Origin: a virus
Taxonomy: Duplodnaviria > Caudoviricetes
Reading direction: 5' to 3' (one strand)
DNA length: 64,000 nt
IMG/VR virus record: IMGVR_UViG_3300013426_000001
Location: 74,524-138,523 of that record
Shown: positions 1 to 9,899 of the stretch, piece by piece
Numbering within the stretch: the first letter of the stretch is position 1
How the letters are laid out: every line of letters begins with the position of its first letter
Program-made: the position numbers and the translations under genes
Notes under the pieces: model-generated
Told to the model about the DNA's origin: nothing
Seen by the model: the letters and a program-made list of their open reading frames with translations, nothing else
Databases searched by the model: none

Positions 1-600
1 CAACCGATTATTATTAACGGCAAAGGATTAAAAAACATAAATCAATATTTCAATAGGGAAAGAGCGTATCTTATGGGTAGAACGATTCACAGAAATGGGA
101 AACGTTGGTCAAATAAACTCGATAAACTGAACAACAAGCGCTTCAATAAAGTCAAAAACTTTATGCACCACGCAAGTAAGTTTGTAATTGATTATTGTAA
201 ATTAAATGATATAGATACAATTATTTGCGGATTGAATAACTTTTGGAAGCGAGAAGCAAAACTTGGAAGCAACACTCAATCGTTTGCCTTTATTCCTTAT
301 GATATGTTTATTAGACAGCTGACTTATAAATGTGAAGAAGCAGGAATAAACTTTATTACAACCGATGAGAGTTATACTTCTGGAACAAGTTTTCTTGATA
401 ACGAAGAGCCAGTCAAGGAAAACTATAATAAGAAGCGCAGGATTAAACGTGGATTGTTCAAATCAAATAATGGAACATTGATTAATTCTGATGTAAATGG
501 TTCTTTACAAATAATAAAGAAAGTAGCTCCGAATGCTTTTGCAGACGGAGTACAGGGTTATCTGACCCCAGTCATTATAAATGTAGCTAATGCTATATGA
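1..600 (+). mobile_element. tnpB: TnpB (IS200/IS605 OrfB, IS1341-like, no Zn finger), 5' end outside window
   Basis: Frame open from base 1; HHASKFVIDY, ESYTSGTSFLD, RRIKRGLF, INSDVNGSLQIIKK are typical TnpB C-terminal motifs. Confidence 0.88.
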
Positions 601-660
601 TTTATGACGAATATATTTTTATATAACAGAAGACGTGTTTTATTAGGAGGTTAGATAGGT

Positions 661-1179
661 ATGCAAACGATCGATTATAAGAAGGTAAAATGCCCGAAAT
701 GCGGGAAGTCGTATTTCCGTGTAAAAGAAAACTCTGGCGTCAGTTTCACGAATTTGGTCTTTACCACTAAACCCGACCCGATTTATAAAAACGGAGAGTT
801 GCAAAACCCGACCGAAGCCGACCCGATAAAAGTGCGTTGCGAATGTTTGGAATGCGGGTGCAACTTCCGCGTCGAAACGTACGATGTTTTCGGGGATTAT
901 CGGTTTATCGATGAAGACGAGGAAAGAAAAGAAAACGAGAGAAAGCTTGCGGAAAGCTTTAAGGTACTAAAAAAGGAAACTGAGAAAGCTAAAACAGAAC
1001 TCGTCGTCGGAACGCCGTACGAAGTGGAAAATTGTCAGTTGAAGATTTCTCAGCCTCGATTCGTGAATCTCGACGTTGAACCAGTTTTTGAAGAGTTCTC
1101 GAAAACGTGGCAAGACGGGTTAAAAGAAGAAATAGACGAGATAAAAGAAAGGCTCGCGAAGTTGGAAAAGAATAAATAA
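661..1179 (+). CDS. hypothetical Zn-ribbon protein
   Basis: CPKC...CLEC; AGGAGG RBS. Confidence 0.6.
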   Translation: MQTIDYKKVKCPKCGKSYFRVKENSGVSFTNLVFTTKPDPIYKNGELQNPTEADPIKVRCECLECGCNFRVETYDVFGDYRFIDEDEERKENERKLAESFKVLKKETEKAKTELVVGTPYEVENCQLKISQPRFVNLDVEPVFEEFSKTWQDGLKEEIDEIKERLAKLEKNK

Positions 1180-1205
1180 AATTAGAATTTTATTGAGGTG
1201 ACGAT

Positions 1206-1619
1206 ATGCAAAATTGGACTATAAAAGATGCTCGGATGTATTTATACAACAAATGTCCAAGTGGCAAACGGCTCATTCTAACTGGCGAAATGTGTGATGA
1301 AAATAACTTTTTCGGAATAGACCAAATGAGGTCTGTCCGTGTAAACGAGTTTTTATTAGGCAAAATAAACGAAAAAGCGATTTATTCGACATTTAAAATA
1401 AAGAAAGTAAAAGATGAATTTAAAATGCTTTTACAAAAAAAGAATGTTTTTTACAGTCGCCATTACGCCTTTACGATGAAAATTGAGATAGTTGATAGTA
1501 ATTCTGGCGAAAACAAAAAGCTTACAGTGAGATGCGATAGTGTCGACATAGACGAATACAACGACGATATTATAAGAGTTGTCGGGAGCTATTCCGACTG
1601 TAAGCTTCTCGAAAAATAA
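1206..1619 (+). CDS. hypothetical protein
   Basis: ORF with GAGGTG RBS. Confidence 0.55.
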   Translation: MQNWTIKDARMYLYNKCPSGKRLILTGEMCDENNFFGIDQMRSVRVNEFLLGKINEKAIYSTFKIKKVKDEFKMLLQKKNVFYSRHYAFTMKIEIVDSNSGENKKLTVRCDSVDIDEYNDDIIRVVGSYSDCKLLEK

Positions 1620-1628
1620 AATATTTTC

Positions 1629-1675
1629 AAAACCCCGTTCAAACACTTGACAAACGGGGTTTTATTTGTTATAAT
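1629..1675 (+). promoter_or_regulatory. sigmaA-type promoter with -35 inside a terminator-like hairpin
   Basis: TTGACA 1647, 17 nt, TATAAT 1670; AAAACCCCGTT/AACGGGGTTTT inverted repeat. Confidence 0.85.
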
Positions 1676-1697
1676 TAAACCACAATCGGAGGTAGAT

Positions 1698-1958
1698 ATG
1701 GACTGGAAAGAAGAATTTATTAAATTATTAGAAGCGGGAACTTTTGAAACCGATTCAGAAATCGACGATTACGCCGACGAACATAATTTACCCGTCTCGG
1801 ATGTTTGGCAGTGTGTAGCAGAACACGAAGAAAGTTATCTGATCGAGCAATCAATCGGGACGTCCTGTGAAGGTTGTAAATATGTTACCGTAATACGAGG
1901 CTGGGCGCCTTGTCACGATTGTTATCGAAATAAGGCTGATTTTTATAAAAAGGCATAA
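1698..1958 (+). CDS. hypothetical Cys-rich protein
   Basis: GGAGG-ATG 1698; CEGC/CHDC. Confidence 0.6.
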   Translation: MDWKEEFIKLLEAGTFETDSEIDDYADEHNLPVSDVWQCVAEHEESYLIEQSIGTSCEGCKYVTVIRGWAPCHDCYRNKADFYKKA

Positions 1959-1962
1959 TAAA

Positions 1963-2370
1963 ATGAACATTTCATTGGAGGTTAAAATGACACTTGACGA
2001 AGCTTTAAAAGAAATAGAGATTCTCAAATTACAAAATAAAAAGTTAGCAGAAGCGTTCGATTCGCTGGATAAAAAATACGATTCGCTGAAATTGGAATTA
2101 GAACTCGCGCAAGCGTGCCACAACGAAAAGTGCGCCGAATTCAACAAACTTTGTTTTGATTATGCAAAGTTACAAGTCAAAAACGAAAGATTCGAGCAGA
2201 ATATGAAAAACGTTCTCGAGATCGAGAAGAAAAACGCGGTTCGAGAATTCGCTGAAAAGTTGAAACGATTTTACGATGGCGCCGAAGTAAGTGTTTATAA
2301 CGGTTACGAAGAAGGAATCTACGAACTAAACGATAAAATAGATGAATTATTGGAGGAGTTTTTGAAATGA
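1963..2370 (+). CDS. hypothetical coiled-coil protein
   Basis: ORF; AVREFAEKLK motif shared with next ORF. Confidence 0.6.
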   Translation: MNISLEVKMTLDEALKEIEILKLQNKKLAEAFDSLDKKYDSLKLELELAQACHNEKCAEFNKLCFDYAKLQVKNERFEQNMKNVLEIEKKNAVREFAEKLKRFYDGAEVSVYNGYEEGIYELNDKIDELLEEFLK

Positions 2371-2738
2371 GCAATAAAAGATACCCCGTTGCGATAGACG
2401 ATTTGCTCATCGAATTCGACGAAATGGATTATTGCCCGATGAATTTAAGCGGCGGTGATCCCGTTAAAGAGGCGATCGCTTGGAAAAACAGCCTGCGATA
2501 CGAACTCGATTTGTTGTTCGACGAAAGGAGTGTGATAGAGCGCAGAGCGGTGGAAGAATTCGCGGAGAAGTTGAAAGAAAGGCTATGCGTTTTCTTTGAT
2601 GAAAATGAAAATAACGACGGCAGCATAGATAAGGCATTATTACTTGTCGCTATTATTGGGGTTAAGGCGAAAGACGGAGCGACTATATCGATAGGAATGA
2701 TAGATGATTTGTTAAAGGAGTACGAAGATGATAATTGA
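2367..2738 (+). CDS. hypothetical protein
   Basis: ATGA overlap; AVEEFAEKLK motif. Confidence 0.6.
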   Translation: MSNKRYPVAIDDLLIEFDEMDYCPMNLSGGDPVKEAIAWKNSLRYELDLLFDERSVIERRAVEEFAEKLKERLCVFFDENENNDGSIDKALLLVAIIGVKAKDGATISIGMIDDLLKEYEDDN

Positions 2739-3012
2739 TTATATTGGTCAAGAGTTGATTTGGAAGATATTAGGCATACACCCTTATCAAAAGAACAACC
2801 CGCATTATGCAATAAAGATTCGTTGCAAAACACCGCAAGACAATAAGAATACAAGAGACTTTATCTTACAACATATCACAATGGATAAATTATATAGTGT
2901 TGATGCGTTTGAATACAAGCCATTTATATACGTTACTCGGAAAATTTTTGTCAAAAACGTATTCGACGAAATCAGCGAAGTCGAATTCATAAATGAATTT
3001 ACAGGAGATTAA
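2728..3012 (+). CDS. hypothetical protein
   Basis: AAGGAG RBS, coupled ORF. Confidence 0.5.
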   Translation: MIIDYIGQELIWKILGIHPYQKNNPHYAIKIRCKTPQDNKNTRDFILQHITMDKLYSVDAFEYKPFIYVTRKIFVKNVFDEISEVEFINEFTGD

Positions 3013-3015
3013 ATA

Positions 3016-3357
3016 ATGAATAAGCAAAAAGTTATTGAACTAAACAAAGAATTCGTTAAATTAGTCGCAGAAAACCCCAATTTGCCGATAAAGGTTTTTG
3101 TAAGCGGTGATTGTATGGAAGACGAGGAATGGGTGGTAGGCGAAATTTACGATTGCAAAGTCACCGAGATAGCGGAATACGAAGACAGGTGTTACGAAAG
3201 AGACGACTTCGATTGGTTGAAAGAGATAATTTCGAACGGGGTTTGCGACGATCCTGAATACGCAAATCTCACCGACGAAGAGTTTGATAAAGCGATAGAA
3301 GAAAAGGTGGAATGGCTCGGTTGGGAAAGAGTGATTTTGTTAAAGGTCGACGTATAA
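3016..3357 (+). CDS. hypothetical acidic protein
   Basis: AGGAG RBS. Confidence 0.6.
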   Translation: MNKQKVIELNKEFVKLVAENPNLPIKVFVSGDCMEDEEWVVGEIYDCKVTEIAEYEDRCYERDDFDWLKEIISNGVCDDPEYANLTDEEFDKAIEEKVEWLGWERVILLKVDV

Positions 3358-3387
3358 TAAATTTCTTGTTTTATTGCGTCAAAATAG

Positions 3388-3416
3388 TTGACAAATGAAT
3401 TTCAATATGTTATAAT
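3388..3416 (+). promoter_or_regulatory. sigmaA-type promoter of the vWA/AdSS operon
   Basis: TTGACA-17-TATAAT with TG extension. Confidence 0.85.
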
Positions 3417-3459
3417 CTAATTACAAAATAAATAAGGCGAGAGCCAAAGGAGCAAATTT

Positions 3460-4062
3460 ATGATGGAAAATATGTTTAATGGCATGTTTGGCAAGGTTGC
3501 AAACGGCATGTGTCGTTTGTCTATGAACGGAGGAATTGCAGTCAAAACCTCGAATGGGTATAAAACGTACAATGTTGAAAAGAAAAGATTGACCAATTGC
3601 GATAACTTCGTATTCAACATTGGTGAAGAATTCTTCTTCGTTATCCCCACAAATAAAGCGGCGGTCGGAGATATTATTCTCGTGGCAGGCAAACCGAAAT
3701 GTGTTATCAAAGCTGATGGTGAAACTATTAAAGTTATCAATTACGAAGATTCGACCGTGGAAGATATCCTCCCCGAAAGACACGTGTTTATGGGAGAAAC
3801 GTACTTCTATGGGAAAATTGTTTCGATGTTTGGACAGAATTTTATGAAGGGCAAGAAAGGAATGAATAAATTCATGTCTTATATGATGATGTCCGAGATG
3901 ATGAAGGGAATGAATGGAAATTCTTCCTCGATGAATAGTATGCTTCCCTTTATGATGATGGGAGGGAACTTGGGCAATATGTTCGGTGATATGTTTGACG
4001 GTGCGATGGATTTCGGTAACCTGATCGGTGATAACGAAGAAAACGAAGAAGAGGAGAAATAA
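3460..4062 (+). CDS. hypothetical protein with Met/Gly-rich C-terminus
   Basis: ORF with AAGGAG RBS; first gene of the triad. Confidence 0.7.
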   Translation: MMENMFNGMFGKVANGMCRLSMNGGIAVKTSNGYKTYNVEKKRLTNCDNFVFNIGEEFFFVIPTNKAAVGDIILVAGKPKCVIKADGETIKVINYEDSTVEDILPERHVFMGETYFYGKIVSMFGQNFMKGKKGMNKFMSYMMMSEMMKGMNGNSSSMNSMLPFMMMGGNLGNMFGDMFDGAMDFGNLIGDNEENEEEEK

Positions 4063-4064
4063 TT

Positions 4065-4952
4065 ATGGGTGGCGGTAGTTGGACTACGAGTTCGTATACG
4101 TCTTATACGAAAACAAAAGGAATTAAAACTTCATGCTTAGCTGACGGAACCGTTACTCTTGACGCTTCTTACGATGCTCAAGATCTTTATACAGCGAGAA
4201 AACTTGATGAAGCACTTGATCCGAGGGGTGTTGTCAGAGAATGCGTAGATAGCGAGGAACACCCGAATACTATTCCTGTAATTCTTGCTCTTGACGTTAC
4301 TGGAAGTATGGGGAGCGCCCTCGAAGAAGTTTCAAAAAAACTTAACGCTATTATGACTGAAACATACAAGAAAGTAAAGGATGTTGAATTTCTTGTGATG
4401 GGTATTGGAGACCTTGCGTATGATAACGCGCCCATTCAGGCTTCTCAGTTTGAATCTGATATCAGAATAGTAGAACAACTTGATAAAGTTTATTTTGAAC
4501 GTGGCGGCGGCGGCAATAAATACGAGTCTTATACGGCTGCTTGGTATTTCGCCGTTAACCAAACGAAACTGGATGCTTGGAAACGCGGCAAGAAGGGTAT
4601 TTTAATTACTCTCGGAGATGAACCTCTTAACCCGTATTTGCCTAAAGAAGCTCTCAAAAGAGTGACTGGCAACGAAACGTTACAAGGGGACGTTGAAACA
4701 AAAGAATTGTATGACGAAGTAATCAAAAAATACGACGTTTATCATTTTGCGATTGATGACAACCACACTTGTTATAGATATTATAAAAATGACATCAAAG
4801 AAACTTGGGGAAAGTATCTTGACGATAATCACCTCAAAGTCGTTACTTTGAACGAACTTGCGGCGCAAATTGTAAACGCTATTACAGAATCTTCCGATTC
4901 CGCTATTGGCGGAACAGGAGTTTGCACTTCTACTGATGGGATTTCTTGGTAA
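4065..4952 (+). CDS. von Willebrand factor A (vWA) domain protein
   Basis: MIDAS motif ILALDVTGSM, EGGGG-like ERGGGGNxYESY, ITLGDE. Confidence 0.85.
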   Translation: MGGGSWTTSSYTSYTKTKGIKTSCLADGTVTLDASYDAQDLYTARKLDEALDPRGVVRECVDSEEHPNTIPVILALDVTGSMGSALEEVSKKLNAIMTETYKKVKDVEFLVMGIGDLAYDNAPIQASQFESDIRIVEQLDKVYFERGGGGNKYESYTAAWYFAVNQTKLDAWKRGKKGILITLGDEPLNPYLPKEALKRVTGNETLQGDVETKELYDEVIKKYDVYHFAIDDNHTCYRYYKNDIKETWGKYLDDNHLKVVTLNELAAQIVNAITESSDSAIGGTGVCTSTDGISW

Positions 4953-4957
4953 AATTT

Positions 4958-6142
4958 ATGAACGTTAAAATTGTAATAGGATCTAATTATGGAGACGAAG
5001 GGAAAGGGTTAACTTCTCGTTACTTTGCCCAAAAAGCCGAAGGAAGTTGCTTAACCGTTTTACATAATGGGGGAGCACAAAGAGGGCATACCGTTGATTA
5101 TTCGGAAGATAAGAGATTTGTATACCATCATCTCGCTTGTGGAACTGCTGATGGGAGTGATACTTATTTTGAGCAAAACTTCATAATTAATCCTATTCTT
5201 TTTAACAGAGAGGTTGAAGAGCTTGAAAAAATAAACATTCGCAATTACAGCGTATTTATTTCGCCTCGTTGCAGAGTGACAACCCCATACGATATGATAC
5301 TCAATCAAATGGTTGAACGGACACGGGGTGGTCAAAAACACGGTTCTTGCGGAGTTGGTATCTTTGAAACTATAAAGAGATATGAAAGTTCTGAATATAA
5401 TAAAACCTTTTCCGAGATGAAGAATATGACCGATTTGGAATTATTTAGATATATCGAAGAAATTTCTAGGGCATATTTATTCAGTAAAATCGAAGAATAC
5501 AAAATTCCGAGAAATATTTCTGATGATTATTTGCCGTCAATTACTTCTCGTAAATTTTTGACCGATTATATTATAGATTTTCGCTTGATGGCATCTGAAA
5601 TAACGGAGATAGAACCGTGGGATTTGTACGGGAATTATGATACTCTTATATTTGAAGGGGCGCAGGGGCTCGCTTTGGATATGGACAACAAAGAAAATTT
5701 CCCTTATTTGACGCCAAGCAAAACAGGTTGTTACAACCCGCGAAATTCTCTTGAAGAATATGGGAAAATTCCTTTTAATATTGAGTTATGTTACATTACA
5801 AGAACCTATCTTACTCGACACGGAGCGGGTCCTTTTCCCTCGGAATGTAAAAAAGAAGAAATTAACGAGCGGATCGAGGACAAAACGAACGTTCCTAATC
5901 CATATCAAGATAGTATAAGATATGGGAAGTTCGATATAACGGCGTTTTTAAATAGAATTAAGTCAGACGAAATTACTTTCCCCTATCATCACATCTCTAC
6001 GTGTTTTATTACACATAATAATTATGTGGATGTTGAGGGTTCTGAGGTCGAAGAGCAGCTCGCGCCGAACTTTCATTTTTTATATTTTTCAGGTGATAAG
6101 TTCGGTGAAAAAATAAAAACGAAGAGAGGAGAGAGAAAATGA
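4958..6142 (+). CDS. divergent adenylosuccinate synthetase-family protein
   Basis: GDEGKG, GGAQRGHTV, HGSCGVG, FEGAQG, TRHGAGPFPSE. Confidence 0.88.
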   Translation: MNVKIVIGSNYGDEGKGLTSRYFAQKAEGSCLTVLHNGGAQRGHTVDYSEDKRFVYHHLACGTADGSDTYFEQNFIINPILFNREVEELEKINIRNYSVFISPRCRVTTPYDMILNQMVERTRGGQKHGSCGVGIFETIKRYESSEYNKTFSEMKNMTDLELFRYIEEISRAYLFSKIEEYKIPRNISDDYLPSITSRKFLTDYIIDFRLMASEITEIEPWDLYGNYDTLIFEGAQGLALDMDNKENFPYLTPSKTGCYNPRNSLEEYGKIPFNIELCYITRTYLTRHGAGPFPSECKKEEINERIEDKTNVPNPYQDSIRYGKFDITAFLNRIKSDEITFPYHHISTCFITHNNYVDVEGSEVEEQLAPNFHFLYFSGDKFGEKIKTKRGERK

Positions 6143-6576
6143 AAGCATATAGGCACGTTTATCTCGATTTTCCTAATTTCACACAGGAAAGCTACTACGA
6201 AGTTACAAGTAAAGTAACTTTTCAAAACGGCGTAGAGGACGAGATTAAAACAACAATTGTTTGCGACGATCCCTATGACGCGATGAGAATGGTTCGAGAA
6301 TTTCTTTTATCAAAAAAGGATTGGCTTGTAACGGAAGTCCGTGGACAGAGTTGCGAAGGAGGCGCGGTATTGGTCGCAAAGCCAGAAGTTCCAGAAAAGA
6401 AATGGGTAATTATTGGTGATGGATATTATCTTAAATTCAAACATTATTCAATGATTTACACTACTGTTAATGGATTTAATGTTCATTATGGGATGTTCGA
6501 TAAAAAAGAAAAAGCAGACGAACGTTGTGCGGAGTTAAATAAAGAGTGGGAAGAATATTTTGGAGATAAAAAATGA
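6139..6576 (+). CDS. hypothetical protein
   Basis: coupled ORF with RBS. Confidence 0.55.
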   Translation: MKAYRHVYLDFPNFTQESYYEVTSKVTFQNGVEDEIKTTIVCDDPYDAMRMVREFLLSKKDWLVTEVRGQSCEGGAVLVAKPEVPEKKWVIIGDGYYLKFKHYSMIYTTVNGFNVHYGMFDKKEKADERCAELNKEWEEYFGDKK

Positions 6577-6950
6577 AAACACTTTATTTCAAAAAGACAC
6601 CCGACAGTGCGGGAAACGAATGGGTTGATTCGCAAGATATTTTTCAGTACGTAGACGAGCTCGATACATTCTTCAATAAGTGGTATCAATTCATAGTAAA
6701 GAAATGCGAACAACTGAATTATTACAATAATCACACTTCAACCGCATACGGCAATCCTGATTATTCGTGGTTAATAGGTTTTTGCTCGGGTTGGTTGTCG
6801 GCAAAGAGTTGTTACGAAGATATCGAAGATGGTGTTTGCTGTATTAAAGACCAGCGAGATAGAACGATTATGAAATTTGACGTTCCAAAAATTTCTGAAA
6901 TAGAACGAGAAAACCGAAAGAAAATCGACGAACTTTGGGAGAATATATAA
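6573..6950 (+). CDS. hypothetical protein
   Basis: coupled ORF with RBS. Confidence 0.55.
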   Translation: MKTLYFKKTPDSAGNEWVDSQDIFQYVDELDTFFNKWYQFIVKKCEQLNYYNNHTSTAYGNPDYSWLIGFCSGWLSAKSCYEDIEDGVCCIKDQRDRTIMKFDVPKISEIERENRKKIDELWENI

Positions 6951-6986
6951 TCGGTTAATAGAATAGTTATTTTATGAGGTGGTTTT

Positions 6987-7298
6987 ATGAATCGACAGAC
7001 AAAAAACAAATTAGATTTTATCATTCAAATAGTAGTATTAATTTTAGTAACTGCTTTTGCTTTAACAGGACCAATCATTTCTTTTATTCATCAATATCAT
7101 TTAATTGTTGAAGAGTTTGGGCGGTTTATTGGTGGCGTTTTTATTTACGACAATTATGCATGGTGGAACTTGACAGCTTTAACTTGGTTTCCTTATGGTG
7201 TTTATCTCAAGATTTCGAACAAGAAAACAAATAAGGAAATGGCGAAGGAAATGTATGAATTAATGTATTGGACGGAAAAAGAAGATGACAAAAAATAA
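6987..7298 (+). CDS. small membrane protein
   Basis: hydrophobic segment FIIQIVVLILVTAFAL. Confidence 0.55.
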   Translation: MNRQTKNKLDFIIQIVVLILVTAFALTGPIISFIHQYHLIVEEFGRFIGGVFIYDNYAWWNLTALTWFPYGVYLKISNKKTNKEMAKEMYELMYWTEKEDDKK

Positions 7299-7686
7299 TA
7301 TCCCTGAAGTTGGCAAAACATACGCCTTTTTCGATGACGGCAAAACTGGACTTTCTCGCCGTTATAAAGCAACGGTTTTAGGCAAAATTCCGTTCGAAGT
7401 GGCAGAAGAGCTTTATCCCGAACTTTTTGCGGGTTGGAAAGAAAACCTCGAAGAAGCCGATTTTCTTTACGCGCCGATAACCGACTTTTTTGTGAAATGT
7501 TCAATCCCGAACTATGACGATGACTTTGTTTATTTCGTTCGTGATATAAATGGTGGCTGGTCTTCGATTGATTTTCCGAATAGCTGGATGAATGGACTTC
7601 TCGATGTTGATGGAGAATACGGTAAGAAAAACGATATTCCGCCTGTAGAAAAATGGGTGGCTGGGAAAGACTATTTAGGAGATTGA
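7285..7686 (+). CDS. hypothetical phage protein
   Basis: ORF; FFDDGK and LLDVDG motifs. Confidence 0.6.
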   Translation: MTKNNIPEVGKTYAFFDDGKTGLSRRYKATVLGKIPFEVAEELYPELFAGWKENLEEADFLYAPITDFFVKCSIPNYDDDFVYFVRDINGGWSSIDFPNSWMNGLLDVDGEYGKKNDIPPVEKWVAGKDYLGD

Positions 7687-7838
7687 TTGATGACAATTAG
7701 CGTACATACACGAGAAATATGCCCGTTATATTATTTCAACGTGAATAGTGTAGAAGAAACGTGGAACGGGTTCAGGGTTTATCTCGATAATGGATTTTAC
7801 AAAGATTTTAACAAAGATTGGTGGTGGGAGGAAGAAAA

Positions 7839-8147
7839 ATGATACAGATTACGAATAAAGACTTTTACAAGCGGTATAAAAGTTTCAGCGGCTCCTTTTC
7901 CGAGTGGTTTAACGCTTGTGTAGACGAACACGACGTTTTTCGTTTTTGGTACAAAGACGACCCCGAAGACGCAAACGCCGATTACGTCCAAATTTCGAGC
8001 GTTATCGACATAGGCGGAGATTTTCTGCTCGGGTTGAAATTCGTTGACTGGAACGGCGAAGAAGAAGGGAAGGAAATGGTCGAATTCAGAAGATTGAGCG
8101 AGGTGAGAGCAATCGAGATTTTTGCGAATGAGGAGGATTCGGAATGA
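7839..8147 (+). CDS. hypothetical acidic protein
   Basis: GGAGG-ATG 7839. Confidence 0.55.
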   Translation: MIQITNKDFYKRYKSFSGSFSEWFNACVDEHDVFRFWYKDDPEDANADYVQISSVIDIGGDFLLGLKFVDWNGEEEGKEMVEFRRLSEVRAIEIFANEEDSE

Positions 8148-8605
8148 TTGAAATTTTGTTTAGGGGTAAACGCAAAGATAATGATCAATGGGTGCATGGG
8201 TTTTACTTTAAACGAGTCAGAAATTATGCGGGATTTAAAACCGAAGAACAGGCTTATATCAAATATGAAACTTGGGATGAAGGTTTTGTTACTTATGAAG
8301 TCACCCTTAAAACTGTTGGTCAATTTACTGGGTTAACCGATAAAAACGGGCAGAAGATATTTGAAGGTGATATTCTTCGGGGATTCTGTTATCCTTTTCG
8401 AGATGGTGAGGGTAAGCATAACTATTATGCAGAAATTGTCTGGTTCAGCAACAGCCCTGCTTTTGGGTTGATCGCCCACAAAACTCCAACATCTAACGTG
8501 GTTGGGATTGCAGACGGAAATTGTGAATATCTTGAAGATTGGGATAATACTCAATGGGAAGTAATTGGCAATATTTATGATAATCCCGAACTTTTGGAGG
8601 ATTAA
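8144..8605 (+). CDS. YopX family protein
   Basis: EILFRGK, GQFTGLTDKNGQKIFEGDI, EVIGNIYDNPELL. Confidence 0.9.
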   Translation: MIEILFRGKRKDNDQWVHGFYFKRVRNYAGFKTEEQAYIKYETWDEGFVTYEVTLKTVGQFTGLTDKNGQKIFEGDILRGFCYPFRDGEGKHNYYAEIVWFSNSPAFGLIAHKTPTSNVVGIADGNCEYLEDWDNTQWEVIGNIYDNPELLED

Positions 8606-8857
8606 ATGAAACTTTCTAAAATCCCCGAATTAACCCGTGAGCAACTCGAAAAGAAATTCCCACAAAATCATTATTGCATTACCTTTTACCCTGTAGAAGA
8701 CGGTTTCCCCGACCCGATAAATGCGACACAGATTTTTGTGAAACTAACTAAATCAAAGGCGAAGGAATTGGCGGAACTTTTCGAACGGACAAATAAGGGA
8801 AATGAGGTATTAAGGATTACAATAGAAATTTTCGAAATAGGATTAAATAATGATTAA
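8606..8857 (+). CDS. hypothetical protein
   Basis: GGAGG RBS. Confidence 0.5.
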   Translation: MKLSKIPELTREQLEKKFPQNHYCITFYPVEDGFPDPINATQIFVKLTKSKAKELAELFERTNKGNEVLRITIEIFEIGLNND

Positions 8858-9599
8858 ATTATATAACGATGATTGTTTGAATATAATGTCCCAAATTGAG
8901 AACAATAGTATTGATTTGATTTTGTGTGATTTACCATATGGCTGCACTTCCTGCTCGTGGGATATAATCATCCCGTTTGATAAATTGTGGGAACAATATA
9001 AGAGGATAATTAAACCTAATGGAAATATAGTTTTATTTTCTTCGGGTTTATTTACTTATAAGTTAATAGAAAGCAACTTAAAAGACTTTAAATATAAGCT
9101 TATTTGGAAGAAAAACGTCCCTACGGGTATGAGCTCTGCAAAGTATCGCCCAATGAAGTATTATGAAGAAATCTGCGTATTTAATTTTGGTAAAGGTTCG
9201 TATAATCCAATAATGAAAGATAGAGTGGGCGTAGGTAAAGATTGCTATAATTATGACCATTACTGCAACCCAAATAACCATATCAATTTAGATAAGGTTA
9301 AAAGAAGATACGACCCTGATAAAGTACAACCCAGCGATGTATTGGAATTTAACGTCGTTCCTAATCGAAAAGGAAAATTGCACCCGACACAAAAACCAGT
9401 TGAACTATTAGAGTATCTAATAAAAACTTATTCGAATGAGGGTGACATGGTGCTCGATAATTGTATGGGAAGCGGAAGTACGGGTGTTGCTTGTATAAAC
9501 ACTCATAGAGATTTTATTGGGATCGAATTAGATAAAAAATATTTCGATATTGCAAAAAACAGAATAGAAAGTTTTCAAATAAACGGCGAAAATAATTGA
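8850..9599 (+). CDS. DNA N6-adenine/N4-cytosine methyltransferase (beta class)
   Basis: DLPY motif IV, HPTQKP, VLDNCMGSGSTG motif I. Confidence 0.92.
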   Translation: MIKLYNDDCLNIMSQIENNSIDLILCDLPYGCTSCSWDIIIPFDKLWEQYKRIIKPNGNIVLFSSGLFTYKLIESNLKDFKYKLIWKKNVPTGMSSAKYRPMKYYEEICVFNFGKGSYNPIMKDRVGVGKDCYNYDHYCNPNNHINLDKVKRRYDPDKVQPSDVLEFNVVPNRKGKLHPTQKPVELLEYLIKTYSNEGDMVLDNCMGSGSTGVACINTHRDFIGIELDKKYFDIAKNRIESFQINGENN

Positions 9600-9641
9600 C
9601 ATTTGCCTCCGATTATGTTATAATGAACGTGTAATCGGAGG
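9596..9641 (+). promoter_or_regulatory. promoter with RBS-sequestering inverted repeat
   Basis: TTGACA 9596, TATAAT 9619; CCTCCGATTA/TAATCGGAGG. Confidence 0.75.
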
Positions 9642-9649
9642 TTTGATAT

Positions 9650-9898
9650 ATGCAGAAAATAGAGCCGACTCATAAAGAGATAATGGAACATTTGGATTGT
9701 TGCTACTACAGCCGCTGGCATAAAGGCATTTGTGAGTGCAAAAGCCCAAACCAATTCAAGAGTTGTTACGAGGCGGCGAAAAAGCGATTGACAAAAACGG
9801 TTTTGACCGAAGAGGAAATAAAACAAAAGCAGGAAGAAAACGCGAAGGCGATGTCGGATATAGACAAGGCGTTAGCAGCGTTTCACGGGGAGGAATAA
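9650..9898 (+). CDS. hypothetical protein
   Basis: GGAGG RBS. Confidence 0.55.
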   Translation: MQKIEPTHKEIMEHLDCCYYSRWHKGICECKSPNQFKSCYEAAKKRLTKTVLTEEEIKQKQEENAKAMSDIDKALAAFHGEE

Positions 9899-9899
9899 A

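Noticed and set aside
4519-4532. 13/14 match to the putative TnpB guide at 22945
   Set aside because: Match ends at 14 nt and is plausible by chance in 64 kb of AT-rich DNA
4958-6142. PurZ / Z-genome pathway
   Set aside because: Retains Asp in GDEGKG (PurZ has Ser) and no datZ/mazZ-like neighbours were recognised
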